Assembly (NCBI GenBank): GCA_023137195.1
Contig: JAGLPV010000015.1
Location: forward strand, 1-64,000
DNA length: 64,000 bases
Reading direction: 5' to 3'
DNA from: Candidatus Aenigmatarchaeota archaeon
Lineage (GTDB): Archaea > EX4484-52
In this document: piece by piece, positions 26,992 through 36,770 of the stretch
How positions within the stretch are numbered: position 1 is the stretch's first letter
How the letters are laid out: each line of letters begins with the position of its first letter
The notes under the pieces: model-generated
Seen by the model: the letters and a program-made list of their open reading frames with translations, nothing else
Databases searched by the model: none
Told to the model about the DNA's origin: nothing
Made by a program: the position numbers and the translations under genes

Positions 26992-27816
26992 CTAATTGCA
27001 CGTATTATATTCGCTTGGGTTTGCACTATTGAGGTTACAAATCCCGCTTTGGCAGTCTCCTCCAACTGTACATGGCTGACCTTTGATCAAACTCGTCGGT
27101 GCGCTACCAACAGAACATTTGCCTCCTGATATTTCCTGGCTTGTGCACTCACATACGCTATTGGCAGAGGTGCCACTACTCTTGATGTATGTACATAGCT
27201 CCTCATTCTGGCAAGTCTTGTATTTCTGTCCAGACCCAGTTATTCCATCACTGCAAAACAACCCTTCTGCGCAATCCTCTGTGGCTGTGCACACTACTCC
27301 CTCCTTTAATTTATTCCTGTCCTCTGCATCACTGCCTACAATATAGACTGCCCTGACAAACACAGCGCTTATTTTTCCATCCGGATATTTTATGTTTGCG
27401 TATTTCCATACTACAAATTTTTCTTCTTCGGGAGCTATCTTAAAACTTGCGTCAAGAGGAATATAATTTTTAAAATCCCATTGTTTGCCTGTCTGAGTAT
27501 CTACAATATGTATATGATATCGCGTAGTACCTATATCATAACCGGACGCATTTTTATCTTTTTGAAGAAGAGCATCTGTTAATTTATCAGCATCGAACAT
27601 GAAATTTTCCGGCTCTCCCTTGGAGTTTTCTACCACAAGCCCCGGAAGATGCATGAGCTGGACAAGAAGTGCGTCCTTGTATCCTTTCATTTCATGGAAC
27701 TGCATCTCGGTATTTGCTACACTAAAGTGCAGAGCTGTGAAAATGCCAATAAATGTAGAGAAAAAGAGTATGCACAATATTTTTTCAATTGTTGATGACA
27801 TTACAAATTCTCCCAT
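26992..27816 (-). CDS. Membrane-anchored hypothetical protein with Cys-rich C-terminal modules
   Basis: N-terminal TM helix; GVVCTATEDCAEGLFC and GQPCTVGGDCQSGIC repeats. Confidence 0.65.
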   Translation of the reverse strand: MGEFVMSSTIEKILCILFFSTFIGIFTALHFSVANTEMQFHEMKGYKDALLVQLMHLPGLVVENSKGEPENFMFDADKLTDALLQKDKNASGYDIGTTRYHIHIVDTQTGKQWDFKNYIPLDASFKIAPEEEKFVVWKYANIKYPDGKISAVFVRAVYIVGSDAEDRNKLKEGVVCTATEDCAEGLFCSDGITGSGQKYKTCQNEELCTYIKSSGTSANSVCECTSQEISGGKCSVGSAPTSLIKGQPCTVGGDCQSGICNLNSANPSEYNTCN

Positions 27817-27864
27817 AACAATTATTTAGACAAAAATATATAAATATGAGCCGCCCTCTTTTTT

Positions 27865-28671
27865 ATGCATTTATATACTGAAGAGACAAATCTGATTAAA
27901 GAGAGTGCCGGAACACGCGCAAATACGCCTGTTACTATCCTGGGGGTTCCTTTTGACAGCACAGAGACTACATTATCTGGTCAAAGGAAAGCTCCTGATT
28001 CCATTAGGAACGCGTTTTTAAATATAGAGACAGGAGATGTTTTTGATAAACTAACAGATGCCGGGAATTTGATGGTTGTACACGGCAGTGCTTCCAAGAC
28101 ATTGTCTCGACTGGAGCAGACAATTGATGATTTGTTTTCCGGCAACAAAGAGGTAATTCCTGTTCTCCTGGGGGGAGAGCATACAGTAACGCTCGGGGCA
28201 GTAAAATCAATGATTAAGAGGCATGGAGAATTTGATATTTTGTGTTTTGATGCGCATTATGACTTGAAAAACAACTGGCAGACAGAAAAACTCAATCATT
28301 CAACTGTTATGAGAAGGATATATGAGTTGAATAAAAATATAGGGTTTATTGGAGTAAGAGAATATAGTTGTGAAGAGAAAGATTTTTTTAAGAAAAATGG
28401 TATTGGTAGGAATTTGGATAAAATTAAGCGTTCGGGGAAGCCATTGTATGTTTCTGTTGATGTTGATGTTTTTGATACTTCTGTTATGCCGGGGGTTTCT
28501 GATAGCGTTCCTGGTGGGATTAGAGTAAAAGAATTTTTTGATGTGATGAAGCTGTTTAAAAAAAGAAAAATAATCGGGATGGATATTGTTGAATTTAATC
28601 CTCTTGTGGAAGAATATAGCACTGCAAGGAATATTGCTTATGTTTTGAGGGAATTGGTTAATTTATTGTAA
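27865..28671 (+). CDS. speB: Agmatinase (ureohydrolase family)
   Basis: GVPFDST, GGEHT, DAHYD, SVDVDVFD, DIVEFNP. Confidence 0.88.
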   Translation: MHLYTEETNLIKESAGTRANTPVTILGVPFDSTETTLSGQRKAPDSIRNAFLNIETGDVFDKLTDAGNLMVVHGSASKTLSRLEQTIDDLFSGNKEVIPVLLGGEHTVTLGAVKSMIKRHGEFDILCFDAHYDLKNNWQTEKLNHSTVMRRIYELNKNIGFIGVREYSCEEKDFFKKNGIGRNLDKIKRSGKPLYVSVDVDVFDTSVMPGVSDSVPGGIRVKEFFDVMKLFKKRKIIGMDIVEFNPLVEEYSTARNIAYVLRELVNLL

Positions 28672-28681
28672 TTGTTTATGT

Positions 28682-30208
28682 TTAATTTAAGAGGTTCTCT
28701 ATCTTTCTTTTCAATTCCTTGATGGTTTTTTCCAGCTCGTTTTTATTTGCTGTTGACATATCCTTATTTTCAACCACAATAGGAACAGGTTTTGGTTGTT
28801 TTCCAATAACAGTTCTTTTGTTTTTTTCAACTGTGGTCAAATCAACACCAGGCATTTGTTCTTTTATCTCTTTTATTAATTTTTCAAACATAGCTATTGA
28901 TTTTTTATCATCTTTGCGATACTTGTAAAGCAACTCACTTATTTGTATTGTCAACCCATATATATATTTTATTGATTCCCTGGATGGTTTTGTTATCTGG
29001 CTTGTCGTATATAAAATCAGATTCAAGAAAGCGCATACAGTTTCTGTATCTCTGTGTTCTATTACAAAAGAAGCCATTTTCCGGAAATCTCTGTTGAGCA
29101 GATAACTTTGGATAAATGAATTAATGATATTTTCATCTACATATAATTTTAACTCCTCACACATACGAATATCCTTTATTTCTCCATAAAACAATTTTTT
29201 GGTTATTCCTTTTTTTCCCGGAGTGTGTTCGCTATCAGAAAAATCAATAATTTTCCATAGCCCTTTATTGGTCAGCATAATATTTTTAGAATTCAAATCA
29301 CGATGAATAAAATTACTATTATGCATAACTGAGATGATTTTACCCAGTTCTGCAATAAGATTAGCTTTTATTGTTTTTTCTTTCAGAATAACTTCTAATG
29401 TCTTGCCTTCTATCTTTTCCATTATAATATGGTTATTTTTATCATACCTATATATTCTGGGGCTGTTTTTTTTAAGAATTTTTTTAGCTTTAAGTATTTT
29501 GCCGTACTCTATCGCACTAACAATCTTTAATATTTTATTCATAAGGGGGTTCAGAATAGGTGCATCAGAAAGCTTTTTGGTGGACTTTACAGCAAACTCC
29601 ATCGCAGATCCCTTTTTTTCAACAGAAACGCCATCTACGTATCCTCTACGCCCACTTCCTATTCTTTCTTTAGTAATTATAGTTTCATCTGGTTTTTTTA
29701 TAATCTCATCAATTGTACTATTTCCGGACTTTTCGTCATTTTTTATTATCGCGTCAACCGCCTCTGTTGTCGGAACAACAGTTTCATAAAAATCATTTAT
29801 CAAACGCGGATTTGTAGTTTCTCCCTTCTTTTTTTCATCTCGGTATTCTTTGCTTTCTCTTATGTTGTGAATGGCATCTCCATCGTTTTCCAAAAAATCA
29901 GATAATTCTCCCTCTGCTTTTTCTTTCTCAACTCGTTGTTTTTCCTCTTTGTTTTTTAACATCCCTGAAATTATTGGCAATTTATGCAAAATTCCTTTTA
30001 ATGTAGGACGTCCTTTTGCTAATTTCCGAAGTGCTTTTTTTTCAGCAATTTCAGCATTTTCTATTGACTCGTCAAGTACTTCTATTATTGGAGATTCTGA
30101 AGGCAGTCTGTATTTTAGTCTTTTAAGTTGTTTTTTTAGTTTCTCAACTTTTTTGAGTTTTTCAAATAGTTCTTTATCCTGCATATTATTATTCTCTCCT
30201 GCTGGCAT
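28682..30208 (-). CDS. Protein kinase (Bud32/RIO-like fold) with long helical N- and C-terminal extensions
   Basis: IGSGRRGYV, FAVK, IIMEKIEG, IHRDLNSKN, IIDFS. Confidence 0.8.
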   Translation of the reverse strand: MPAGENNNMQDKELFEKLKKVEKLKKQLKRLKYRLPSESPIIEVLDESIENAEIAEKKALRKLAKGRPTLKGILHKLPIISGMLKNKEEKQRVEKEKAEGELSDFLENDGDAIHNIRESKEYRDEKKKGETTNPRLINDFYETVVPTTEAVDAIIKNDEKSGNSTIDEIIKKPDETIITKERIGSGRRGYVDGVSVEKKGSAMEFAVKSTKKLSDAPILNPLMNKILKIVSAIEYGKILKAKKILKKNSPRIYRYDKNNHIIMEKIEGKTLEVILKEKTIKANLIAELGKIISVMHNSNFIHRDLNSKNIMLTNKGLWKIIDFSDSEHTPGKKGITKKLFYGEIKDIRMCEELKLYVDENIINSFIQSYLLNRDFRKMASFVIEHRDTETVCAFLNLILYTTSQITKPSRESIKYIYGLTIQISELLYKYRKDDKKSIAMFEKLIKEIKEQMPGVDLTTVEKNKRTVIGKQPKPVPIVVENKDMSTANKNELEKTIKELKRKIENLLN

Positions 30209-32258
30209 TATTCAACTCTCCAGTTGCTTTGTTTAATTCGTCCACGATTCCTAATACCTCTTGTTCGCGTGTCAGTTTATCTATTTTGTTTTTTAAGTTC
30301 TTCTTCTTTTCAACCCAATCCTTTCGTTCTCTGGGCGACATTGAAGGAGAGTATTGACTATTCAATATCCTGAGCTCTTCTTTTGCATTATCCAACTTCC
30401 ATTTGGTTAATAGTGGTTTTCCTTGTGGTTTTGTTTCTGGTGGTTTTTCGGCTTTTCTTTGCACTCTTAGTTTTTCTATTATAGCTGCTTCATAAAATTC
30501 CTTTATCAACTGGTAATTATTTTTATGTTCTTCTGCAATTCTCCGGTATTTTGGATGATTTAACATATAATGAAGTCGCTTTCTGTGTTCTAAATATTCT
30601 CTCTCTTCAGCAGGGTTTTTCCATTTTTTATTTGATGCATTGTGCGGTTCTTTTATCATTTCAGGATTTTCATGAATCTTTGCCGTTTCATGATTTTGTG
30701 CGTGTTGTTGATAGGTTATATCTTTACATAGATAATTGTCGTTTATACAGATATTTCCTTCGGGTCTCATCAATTTAAGAATGGTGTTGTAGAATTCTGT
30801 TAAATCAATTTTCGGGGGAGTTGTTTTGGCTGAAGCCAAAGGTATGTTTTTATAATCCCTGTCTTTAATCTCGAATTCCTTCGAGTAGATATAAAAAGAA
30901 GGCAGTTTATTGCTGGATATGCCTTCGTATTTTGAATAATACTGCTGTATTGTCGGGTCATAATAGGCATCATCTATCTTTAACAAAATATGGCTCCATC
31001 CACTTTCAGTATCCCTAACCACCCTCTTATCCCCTATATGTAAAATACATCTGTTTTCTTTACCATCATCCAAAGATATTGTTTTTTCCAGACTATTTTG
31101 TTTCTTCCCCTTCACATATATTTTTTCAACATTATTTTTACAAATACAGCAAATAACAATAACTCTTGCATTTACTAGTTTGATTCTTTTCGGTTCTATA
31201 AATTCCAGACACTTTTCTATCATTTCATATGTCGCCAATCCACAGGCATTGAAATTGTATTTTTCAAAAGCTGTTTTTTTAATCTCTTCGAAAATTTTTT
31301 TAATCCTCTCTGGTTGATTCTCTTTTCTTTCAAACAGGTTATTTTCTTCAATAAGTCCCTTTTTCAGATAAATTATTTTTTCCAGGATGTTTTCATACTT
31401 CTTTTTTTCAAGAGGATTTTTTTTAATATTTTCTTCAAGTGCAGATATTTTTTGGTTCAAAACAAGTTCTATCAAACCTATTTTGCTGTTTTTTTTTATT
31501 CTCACGAGTTCTTTTACTGCTTTTATTTTATCATCTGCGCTTTTTGAATCGACATAATCAATGACTATCGAAAGTATCTTTTGCTTATTTGATTTCTCTT
31601 CATCTTGCGGGTTTTCTTTTTTTATGCCGTATTTGTTTTGCAATTCTCTTATCTGGCTGTCGCCGAATCCCATTATTTCCAGTAGAGGACAAACATACTC
31701 TATCTTGATTTTCTTTCTTTCTACTAACGTCATTATGTTGTCCAAAGCGGGTTTTCCGATATTTGAAAGTGTGGTTAAAGCCTTGTTGCGCACATTATAG
31801 TTTTTGTCTTCGAGTTCTTTTATTAGGATATACATTGTTGTCAATGTTTTTTTAATTGTTTCTCCCTTTATTTTTTTTATTTTATCTCGTGCCCCACCTA
31901 TCAATTTACTAATCTCTTCTACTTCTTCTTTACTTAATTCTACCTTCTCTCCATCATCTTCAAATTCCATTGAACTTGTCCCTGACTTAAAATTATTTAT
32001 GTGATATTTCCACATCAATCGACGGAATGCACCACGATATTTTTTTCCGGCATCCTCAAAAAACTCATCTGGTTTTTCTATAGAAAACAGGTCACAAACA
32101 TTGTCTAATGTTGCCTCTTTCTTGTCTCGAAAATGGATCTTGTCGATAACAAAATACTTTATGTCTGCACCTAAAATCAGGAAAGCCTCATTTGCAGTCA
32201 TCTTGCCAGAGTTAATTTTAGTGTCTCTTAAAAATTTTGTGTGGTTTGTTTTTACCAT
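30189..32258 (-). CDS. Multidomain protein: degenerate J-domain-like region, HEAT repeat, papain/transglutaminase-like Cys-His-Asp domain
   Basis: EAFLILG...AFRRLMWKYHIN; LIKELEDKNYNVRNKALTTLSNIG; NAC...WSHILLKIDDAYYDPTIQQY. Paralogous to 33556-34953. Confidence 0.65.
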   Translation of the reverse strand: MVKTNHTKFLRDTKINSGKMTANEAFLILGADIKYFVIDKIHFRDKKEATLDNVCDLFSIEKPDEFFEDAGKKYRGAFRRLMWKYHINNFKSGTSSMEFEDDGEKVELSKEEVEEISKLIGGARDKIKKIKGETIKKTLTTMYILIKELEDKNYNVRNKALTTLSNIGKPALDNIMTLVERKKIKIEYVCPLLEIMGFGDSQIRELQNKYGIKKENPQDEEKSNKQKILSIVIDYVDSKSADDKIKAVKELVRIKKNSKIGLIELVLNQKISALEENIKKNPLEKKKYENILEKIIYLKKGLIEENNLFERKENQPERIKKIFEEIKKTAFEKYNFNACGLATYEMIEKCLEFIEPKRIKLVNARVIVICCICKNNVEKIYVKGKKQNSLEKTISLDDGKENRCILHIGDKRVVRDTESGWSHILLKIDDAYYDPTIQQYYSKYEGISSNKLPSFYIYSKEFEIKDRDYKNIPLASAKTTPPKIDLTEFYNTILKLMRPEGNICINDNYLCKDITYQQHAQNHETAKIHENPEMIKEPHNASNKKWKNPAEEREYLEHRKRLHYMLNHPKYRRIAEEHKNNYQLIKEFYEAAIIEKLRVQRKAEKPPETKPQGKPLLTKWKLDNAKEELRILNSQYSPSMSPRERKDWVEKKKNLKNKIDKLTREQEVLGIVDELNKATGELNNASRRE

Positions 32259-32265
32259 ATTGTTT

Positions 32266-33540
32266 TTATTTATTTTCTCCAACAATTTGATTTATTAACT
32301 TTATTATTTCTTCTTTCGTTTGATTCATTTGATTTTCACATATACCGTTTTTGTGTTTTAAGTTCTCAAATAAAGATAAATCAATATTTGGATTTTTAAG
32401 AAGACGTTCTTTAAGCTTCATTCGAAGAATATGATGTTTAAGTTTTCTTAATTCCTTTGCTTCTTGAACTTCGCATTTATCCAAACGCTTTTCCTGTGTT
32501 AAATTTTCAATTTTGAGCAAAAACATAGAAAGATATTTATTTACTTCATTGGAAGGAAGATTAATATTTTCTACGATATATTTTATAAATTCAAATAAAC
32601 CATATCCTGCTTCATAATCAATTGGTCTTTGATTATATATTCCATCAATATAAGTTATTAAATTTCTATTAATTAAATAATTTTGAAAGAAAATATTTTT
32701 TATTTTTTTATCAGGACACTTTTTCATTACTTTATATACGTCTCGTCCTTGACGATGGATTTTACCTCTAAAATCAAGATTTTTTTCTAACTCAATAAGT
32801 TTTTCTAACTTAATGTTTTTTTCATTACTACTATTTGGATTCCTGCCCCCAAAATCAATTATTTTCCATATTCCCTGTTCATCTAAAATAACATTATTGG
32901 AATGTAAATCTCCGTGAATGAAATCCTGATTGTGCATGACTGCAATTATTTTTCCTAACCGAGTAATTAGTTCTGGTTTTTCTAATAATATTTCTAATGG
33001 AATATCCCTTAGCTGAAATCCTTCAATTGGTTCCATAAGCAATTTTTGGGTCATTTCATTATTATAATACTCATAAACTTTAGGTATATTATTTGGATGA
33101 ATGCATCCAAAAATACGCATTCTTTTATATTCTTCCTCTTTTATTTCTTTTCCCATCAAAGGTATCTTTACAGCAATATTATGGCTATGTCCTTCTTTAT
33201 CTTCAGCAGAAATACCAATCACTTCCCCTCTGCTTCCAGTCCCCAATTTGTTCGGTGGCTTAATAATATATTCTCCCCATTCTATATCCTCTTGGTCATT
33301 TTTCTGATTTAATGGTATTTCTCCGTTTTTTATTCCATAAACCAATTCTGTTATTTTTGAACCGCCCTGTAGAAAGTTTCCAAGCCACGTACCTTGCTCT
33401 TCTGTTTTTTTAGTCTTGTTTTCCTTTTTTTCTTTCAATAGTTTAAAAGTTTCAAAGACCCTTTCTTTAAATTCATTTTCACTGTCTGGCAGGCTTTCAG
33501 TCAATTCAATAATTTTCATTTCTATTTCTTCCTTCCTCAT
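32266..33540 (-). CDS. Protein kinase, paralog of 28682-30208
   Basis: LGTGSRGEV, IAVK, LLMEPIEG, IHGDLHSNN, WKIIDFGG. Confidence 0.82.
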   Translation of the reverse strand: MRKEEIEMKIIELTESLPDSENEFKERVFETFKLLKEKKENKTKKTEEQGTWLGNFLQGGSKITELVYGIKNGEIPLNQKNDQEDIEWGEYIIKPPNKLGTGSRGEVIGISAEDKEGHSHNIAVKIPLMGKEIKEEEYKRMRIFGCIHPNNIPKVYEYYNNEMTQKLLMEPIEGFQLRDIPLEILLEKPELITRLGKIIAVMHNQDFIHGDLHSNNVILDEQGIWKIIDFGGRNPNSSNEKNIKLEKLIELEKNLDFRGKIHRQGRDVYKVMKKCPDKKIKNIFFQNYLINRNLITYIDGIYNQRPIDYEAGYGLFEFIKYIVENINLPSNEVNKYLSMFLLKIENLTQEKRLDKCEVQEAKELRKLKHHILRMKLKERLLKNPNIDLSLFENLKHKNGICENQMNQTKEEIIKLINQIVGENK

Positions 33541-33555
33541 ATTATTCTTGATGTT

Positions 33556-34953
33556 TTAATCGTCTGCTCCTTTATATTTTTTAATAAGTTTAATTATTTC
33601 TTCTTCTGTTTTTTTTATTTCTTTTGGAGACATTGCCGCATCTACTGCTCTCTGATTTTCTTCATCCTGTTCGTCTATCTTTTTTTTATTATCTATTGCC
33701 CATTCATACCTATTTTTTACCAGTTTCTCATTACTTTCTATGGGCTTTACTTTTTCTTCATACGCAGATGGATTTATCCTCCTTAAATAATCCAATCGTT
33801 CAAGATGTTCTGGATTTATAGATGAATCTTCAAAATTACTCAAATCTCTGCATACATAATTGTCGTTTACAATAATATTTGAATTTTCTTTTTTCAACAG
33901 AAATACAACATCATTGCGCAACAGTATTTTCCTTTTTTCTTCTGATGTATTTTCTGTTAATGCAACCGGCGCATGTTCGCGATCTTTTTTTCTGATTTGA
34001 TCTTCTACTGCATGGACATAATAATAAGGCAATTTATGTTCGTATATTCCTCTTGCTTTCGAATAATAGCGCTGTATTGTAGGATCATAATACGTGTCAT
34101 CTATTTTCAGGAGGCTATGGTTGCGACCCATATCCTCATCAACAAGTATTTTTTCATCTCTAACAGACAAGATGTCTTTCCCCCTGTGGATTATCTCATC
34201 CATAGAAGACGTTGTCTTTTCCGGGTTGTCTATTTTTATTGTTTTTTTCTCTCCATCTCTTCTTCTTATTAGGTAAACTGCCTTAACCGAGTCTGTACAA
34301 ATAAGTTTAGAAACAATTACTCTCGCATTGACAAATTTTATTCTTTTTGAATTTATGCCTTTTTCCAGGCATCTATTTATCATTTCCTCTATTATTTCAT
34401 TGCAGGGAATATCAATTTTCGATGCCTGTTTTTGAATATCCAATAATATTACGCTTATTTTTCCTTTATTCCCACTGTTTCTCCCTGAACTGTTTTCGGC
34501 ATTTGTTGGAATTGGTGGATTTTTTCCAGTAAGACTTTTCGAAGATGGTCTGAATTTTCCAGATAAGATATCCCCAATATTGGGACTTTTTTTCTCCAAC
34601 TCCCGCGCCGCATCAGGATCTTTTTCTTTTAGTTCATTTAGTGAATGCTTAATTTTCTTATTCAATTCATTTAATTTGTTAACATCTTTGGCTTTTTCCT
34701 TTTGTATGTTCTTAATATATTCATTTAATTGTTCTACTAGTTCTAGATGGTCTTTGAGAAATAGTTTTTTAACAGCAGGATATTCATTTATAATATGCAC
34801 TGCATACATCGGATCTTTTTTTACAAGCGTTGCTGCCAGTCCAGAATCGTTTTTAAAAGCAGAGAGAATTGCTTTTTCTGCTGCCGGTTTGTCATCTGTC
34901 TTTAACGCCCCATTCTTTAACGCCAATTCTTCTATCATTTGCAATGAGTTCAT
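33556..34953 (-). CDS. Hypothetical protein with papain/transglutaminase-like Cys-His-Asp domain
   Basis: IPC...KRIKFVNARVIV...RNHSLLKIDDTYYDPTIQRY...NDNYVC, colinear with the C-terminal half of the 30189 ORF. Confidence 0.65.
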   Translation of the reverse strand: MNSLQMIEELALKNGALKTDDKPAAEKAILSAFKNDSGLAATLVKKDPMYAVHIINEYPAVKKLFLKDHLELVEQLNEYIKNIQKEKAKDVNKLNELNKKIKHSLNELKEKDPDAARELEKKSPNIGDILSGKFRPSSKSLTGKNPPIPTNAENSSGRNSGNKGKISVILLDIQKQASKIDIPCNEIIEEMINRCLEKGINSKRIKFVNARVIVSKLICTDSVKAVYLIRRRDGEKKTIKIDNPEKTTSSMDEIIHRGKDILSVRDEKILVDEDMGRNHSLLKIDDTYYDPTIQRYYSKARGIYEHKLPYYYVHAVEDQIRKKDREHAPVALTENTSEEKRKILLRNDVVFLLKKENSNIIVNDNYVCRDLSNFEDSSINPEHLERLDYLRRINPSAYEEKVKPIESNEKLVKNRYEWAIDNKKKIDEQDEENQRAVDAAMSPKEIKKTEEEIIKLIKKYKGADD

Positions 34954-34975
34954 AGTATTTTAATTACTGATTAAA

Positions 34976-35085
34976 TATATCGCGGCACAAGTAATGCATG
35001 TATGTGGCGTGATATACTAGCAAAATACATAAATACTATATAAATACGGATTATCCTTTGTATTATTTATGTGTTTTGCTATAAT
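34976..35085. repeat. Module B, copy lacking the nested family-A unit
   Basis: Reverse complement of 4261-4351 with few substitutions; TATATCGCGGCA...GGCGTGATATA arms. Confidence 0.85.
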
Positions 35086-35279
35086 ATATTTCTTAATTGT
35101 AAATAAATTATATATAATTATACAAAAATTATTTATACTCTCTATCCTAATTGAAACACTCTCACATCCTGATTTCCGACAGCACCATCAAACATAAAAA
35201 TATAAACTACTTTTCTCGCATTTCATTTAACTCATCGAATTTTCAGAAAACATTATCTTTTCTTGTGCATTCCGTGCGT

Positions 35280-35298
35280 CATTCAACAAAGTTGAATG
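35280..35298. repeat. Palindrome family C, copy 2 (CATTCAAC-AAA-GTTGAATG)
   Basis: Paired T-A to C-G change relative to copy 1; downstream flank matches 57632-57680 in reverse. Confidence 0.8.
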
Positions 35299-35389
35299 TG
35301 CAAAAAAGCAGAGCTTTTTTCGCATCCGGTGGATTAAAATAAGTTCCTCTTTTTATTCACATTTAAAAATATAAATTATATAATCTTGT

Positions 35390-36766
35390 ATGGATATTTT
35401 GAATAACACAATAAAAAAAATAAGCCCATCACAAAAAGAAACAGACGAACTAAACTATTTGTTCCGGGAAATAAAAAAATACATCCTGTCTAAATACAAT
35501 ATAAATGCCGAATTAATGGGTTCTGTCGCAAAAAACACTTTTTTGAAAAACAACAACGACCTAGATATATTTATCTTTTTTGACAAGTCGACTTCTCTTG
35601 ATGATTTAGAAAAAGAAGCTCTTCAAATAGGCAAAGATGCATTTGAACATTTCGATGGCAGTTGGCAGATAGACTATGCATCCCACCCATACACAAAAGG
35701 GAAAATAAGAAATTACAAAGTAGAGATAGTTCCCTGCTATAAGATAAAGTCCATAAAAGAGATGATTTCGGCGGTGGACAGGACTCCTTTCCATACAAAA
35801 TACATCATAAAAAACTTAGAACCTGCCAGAAGAAAAGACGTGCTTTTATTAAAGCAGTTCTTAAAAACAATAAACTGCTATGGCTCTGACCTAAAGACAA
35901 AAGGCTTTGCCGGATATTTGTGCGAATTGCTGATTATAAAATATAAGACATTTGAAGGCGTATTAAATGAGTTTTCAGACCTAAAGAGAAATACAATAAT
36001 ATCTCTGTCGAACTCTTTAAACAACACCAAAAAAATCATTGAAAAATTCGATGCTCCGTTTATCTTCCTGGACCCTGTTGACAAGAACAGGAATGTTGCT
36101 GCATCTCTTAGCATTGACGTTCTTTTAAGGACAAAATACTACAGCCAACAATACCTGCAAAACCCGGGCGAAATATATTTCAACCCAACAAAATTTGAAA
36201 AGAAAACCGCTTCAAAAAAATCGCTAAAATCCCTCCTGGAAAATCGTCATTTTTATGTGCTGTGCTTTGAAAAGCCGGATTTAATCGAAGATATATTATA
36301 TCCGCAATTAGAAAGGTTCAAGAATTCCCTTGAAAAATATGTTTTATCTAAAGAATTTCATCTGAATGATTGCTTTTTTGACTGCTGCCCAGAAAGTAAT
36401 TTGTGCATAATTGGATTTGATTTTTTGACAGATGATTTGTCCTGCTTTTGTCACAGGAGAGGACCGGATATTTTTGCCCAGAAAGAAAAGACAGAAGGGT
36501 TCTTAAATAAGCATAAAAATGCATATTTATCCAACGGTAATTATATGTGCTTTGAAAAAAGAAAAATAACAAATGCATGTGATTTAATCAATTCTGTAAA
36601 GAAAAAGGAAGCGCAAAAACAGATTGCAATCCCTAAAGAGATAGAAAAAACATTAAATAAAAGTTTTTGCGTCCTGGACATCAAAAGAATAGAAGAATAT
36701 GTGAAATCCAATAAAATCAGTTCTAATGTCATTTGCAGGAATATTGCTGGCGGAAAAACAATCTGA
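35390..36766 (+). CDS. cca: Archaeal (class I) CCA-adding tRNA nucleotidyltransferase
   Basis: GSVAKNTFL..DLDIF, YASHPY, VEIVPCY, SAVDRTPFHT, GFAGYLCELL, DPVDKNRNVAA. Confidence 0.95.
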   Translation: MDILNNTIKKISPSQKETDELNYLFREIKKYILSKYNINAELMGSVAKNTFLKNNNDLDIFIFFDKSTSLDDLEKEALQIGKDAFEHFDGSWQIDYASHPYTKGKIRNYKVEIVPCYKIKSIKEMISAVDRTPFHTKYIIKNLEPARRKDVLLLKQFLKTINCYGSDLKTKGFAGYLCELLIIKYKTFEGVLNEFSDLKRNTIISLSNSLNNTKKIIEKFDAPFIFLDPVDKNRNVAASLSIDVLLRTKYYSQQYLQNPGEIYFNPTKFEKKTASKKSLKSLLENRHFYVLCFEKPDLIEDILYPQLERFKNSLEKYVLSKEFHLNDCFFDCCPESNLCIIGFDFLTDDLSCFCHRRGPDIFAQKEKTEGFLNKHKNAYLSNGNYMCFEKRKITNACDLINSVKKKEAQKQIAIPKEIEKTLNKSFCVLDIKRIEEYVKSNKISSNVICRNIAGGKTI

Positions 36767-36770
36767 CCTC

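Noticed and set aside
28682-33540. Kinases as the KEOPS Bud32 partner of nearby kae1
   Set aside because: They are two paralogs about twice the length of Bud32, lack the RT..EA and DFGL motifs, and sit in an accessory operon.
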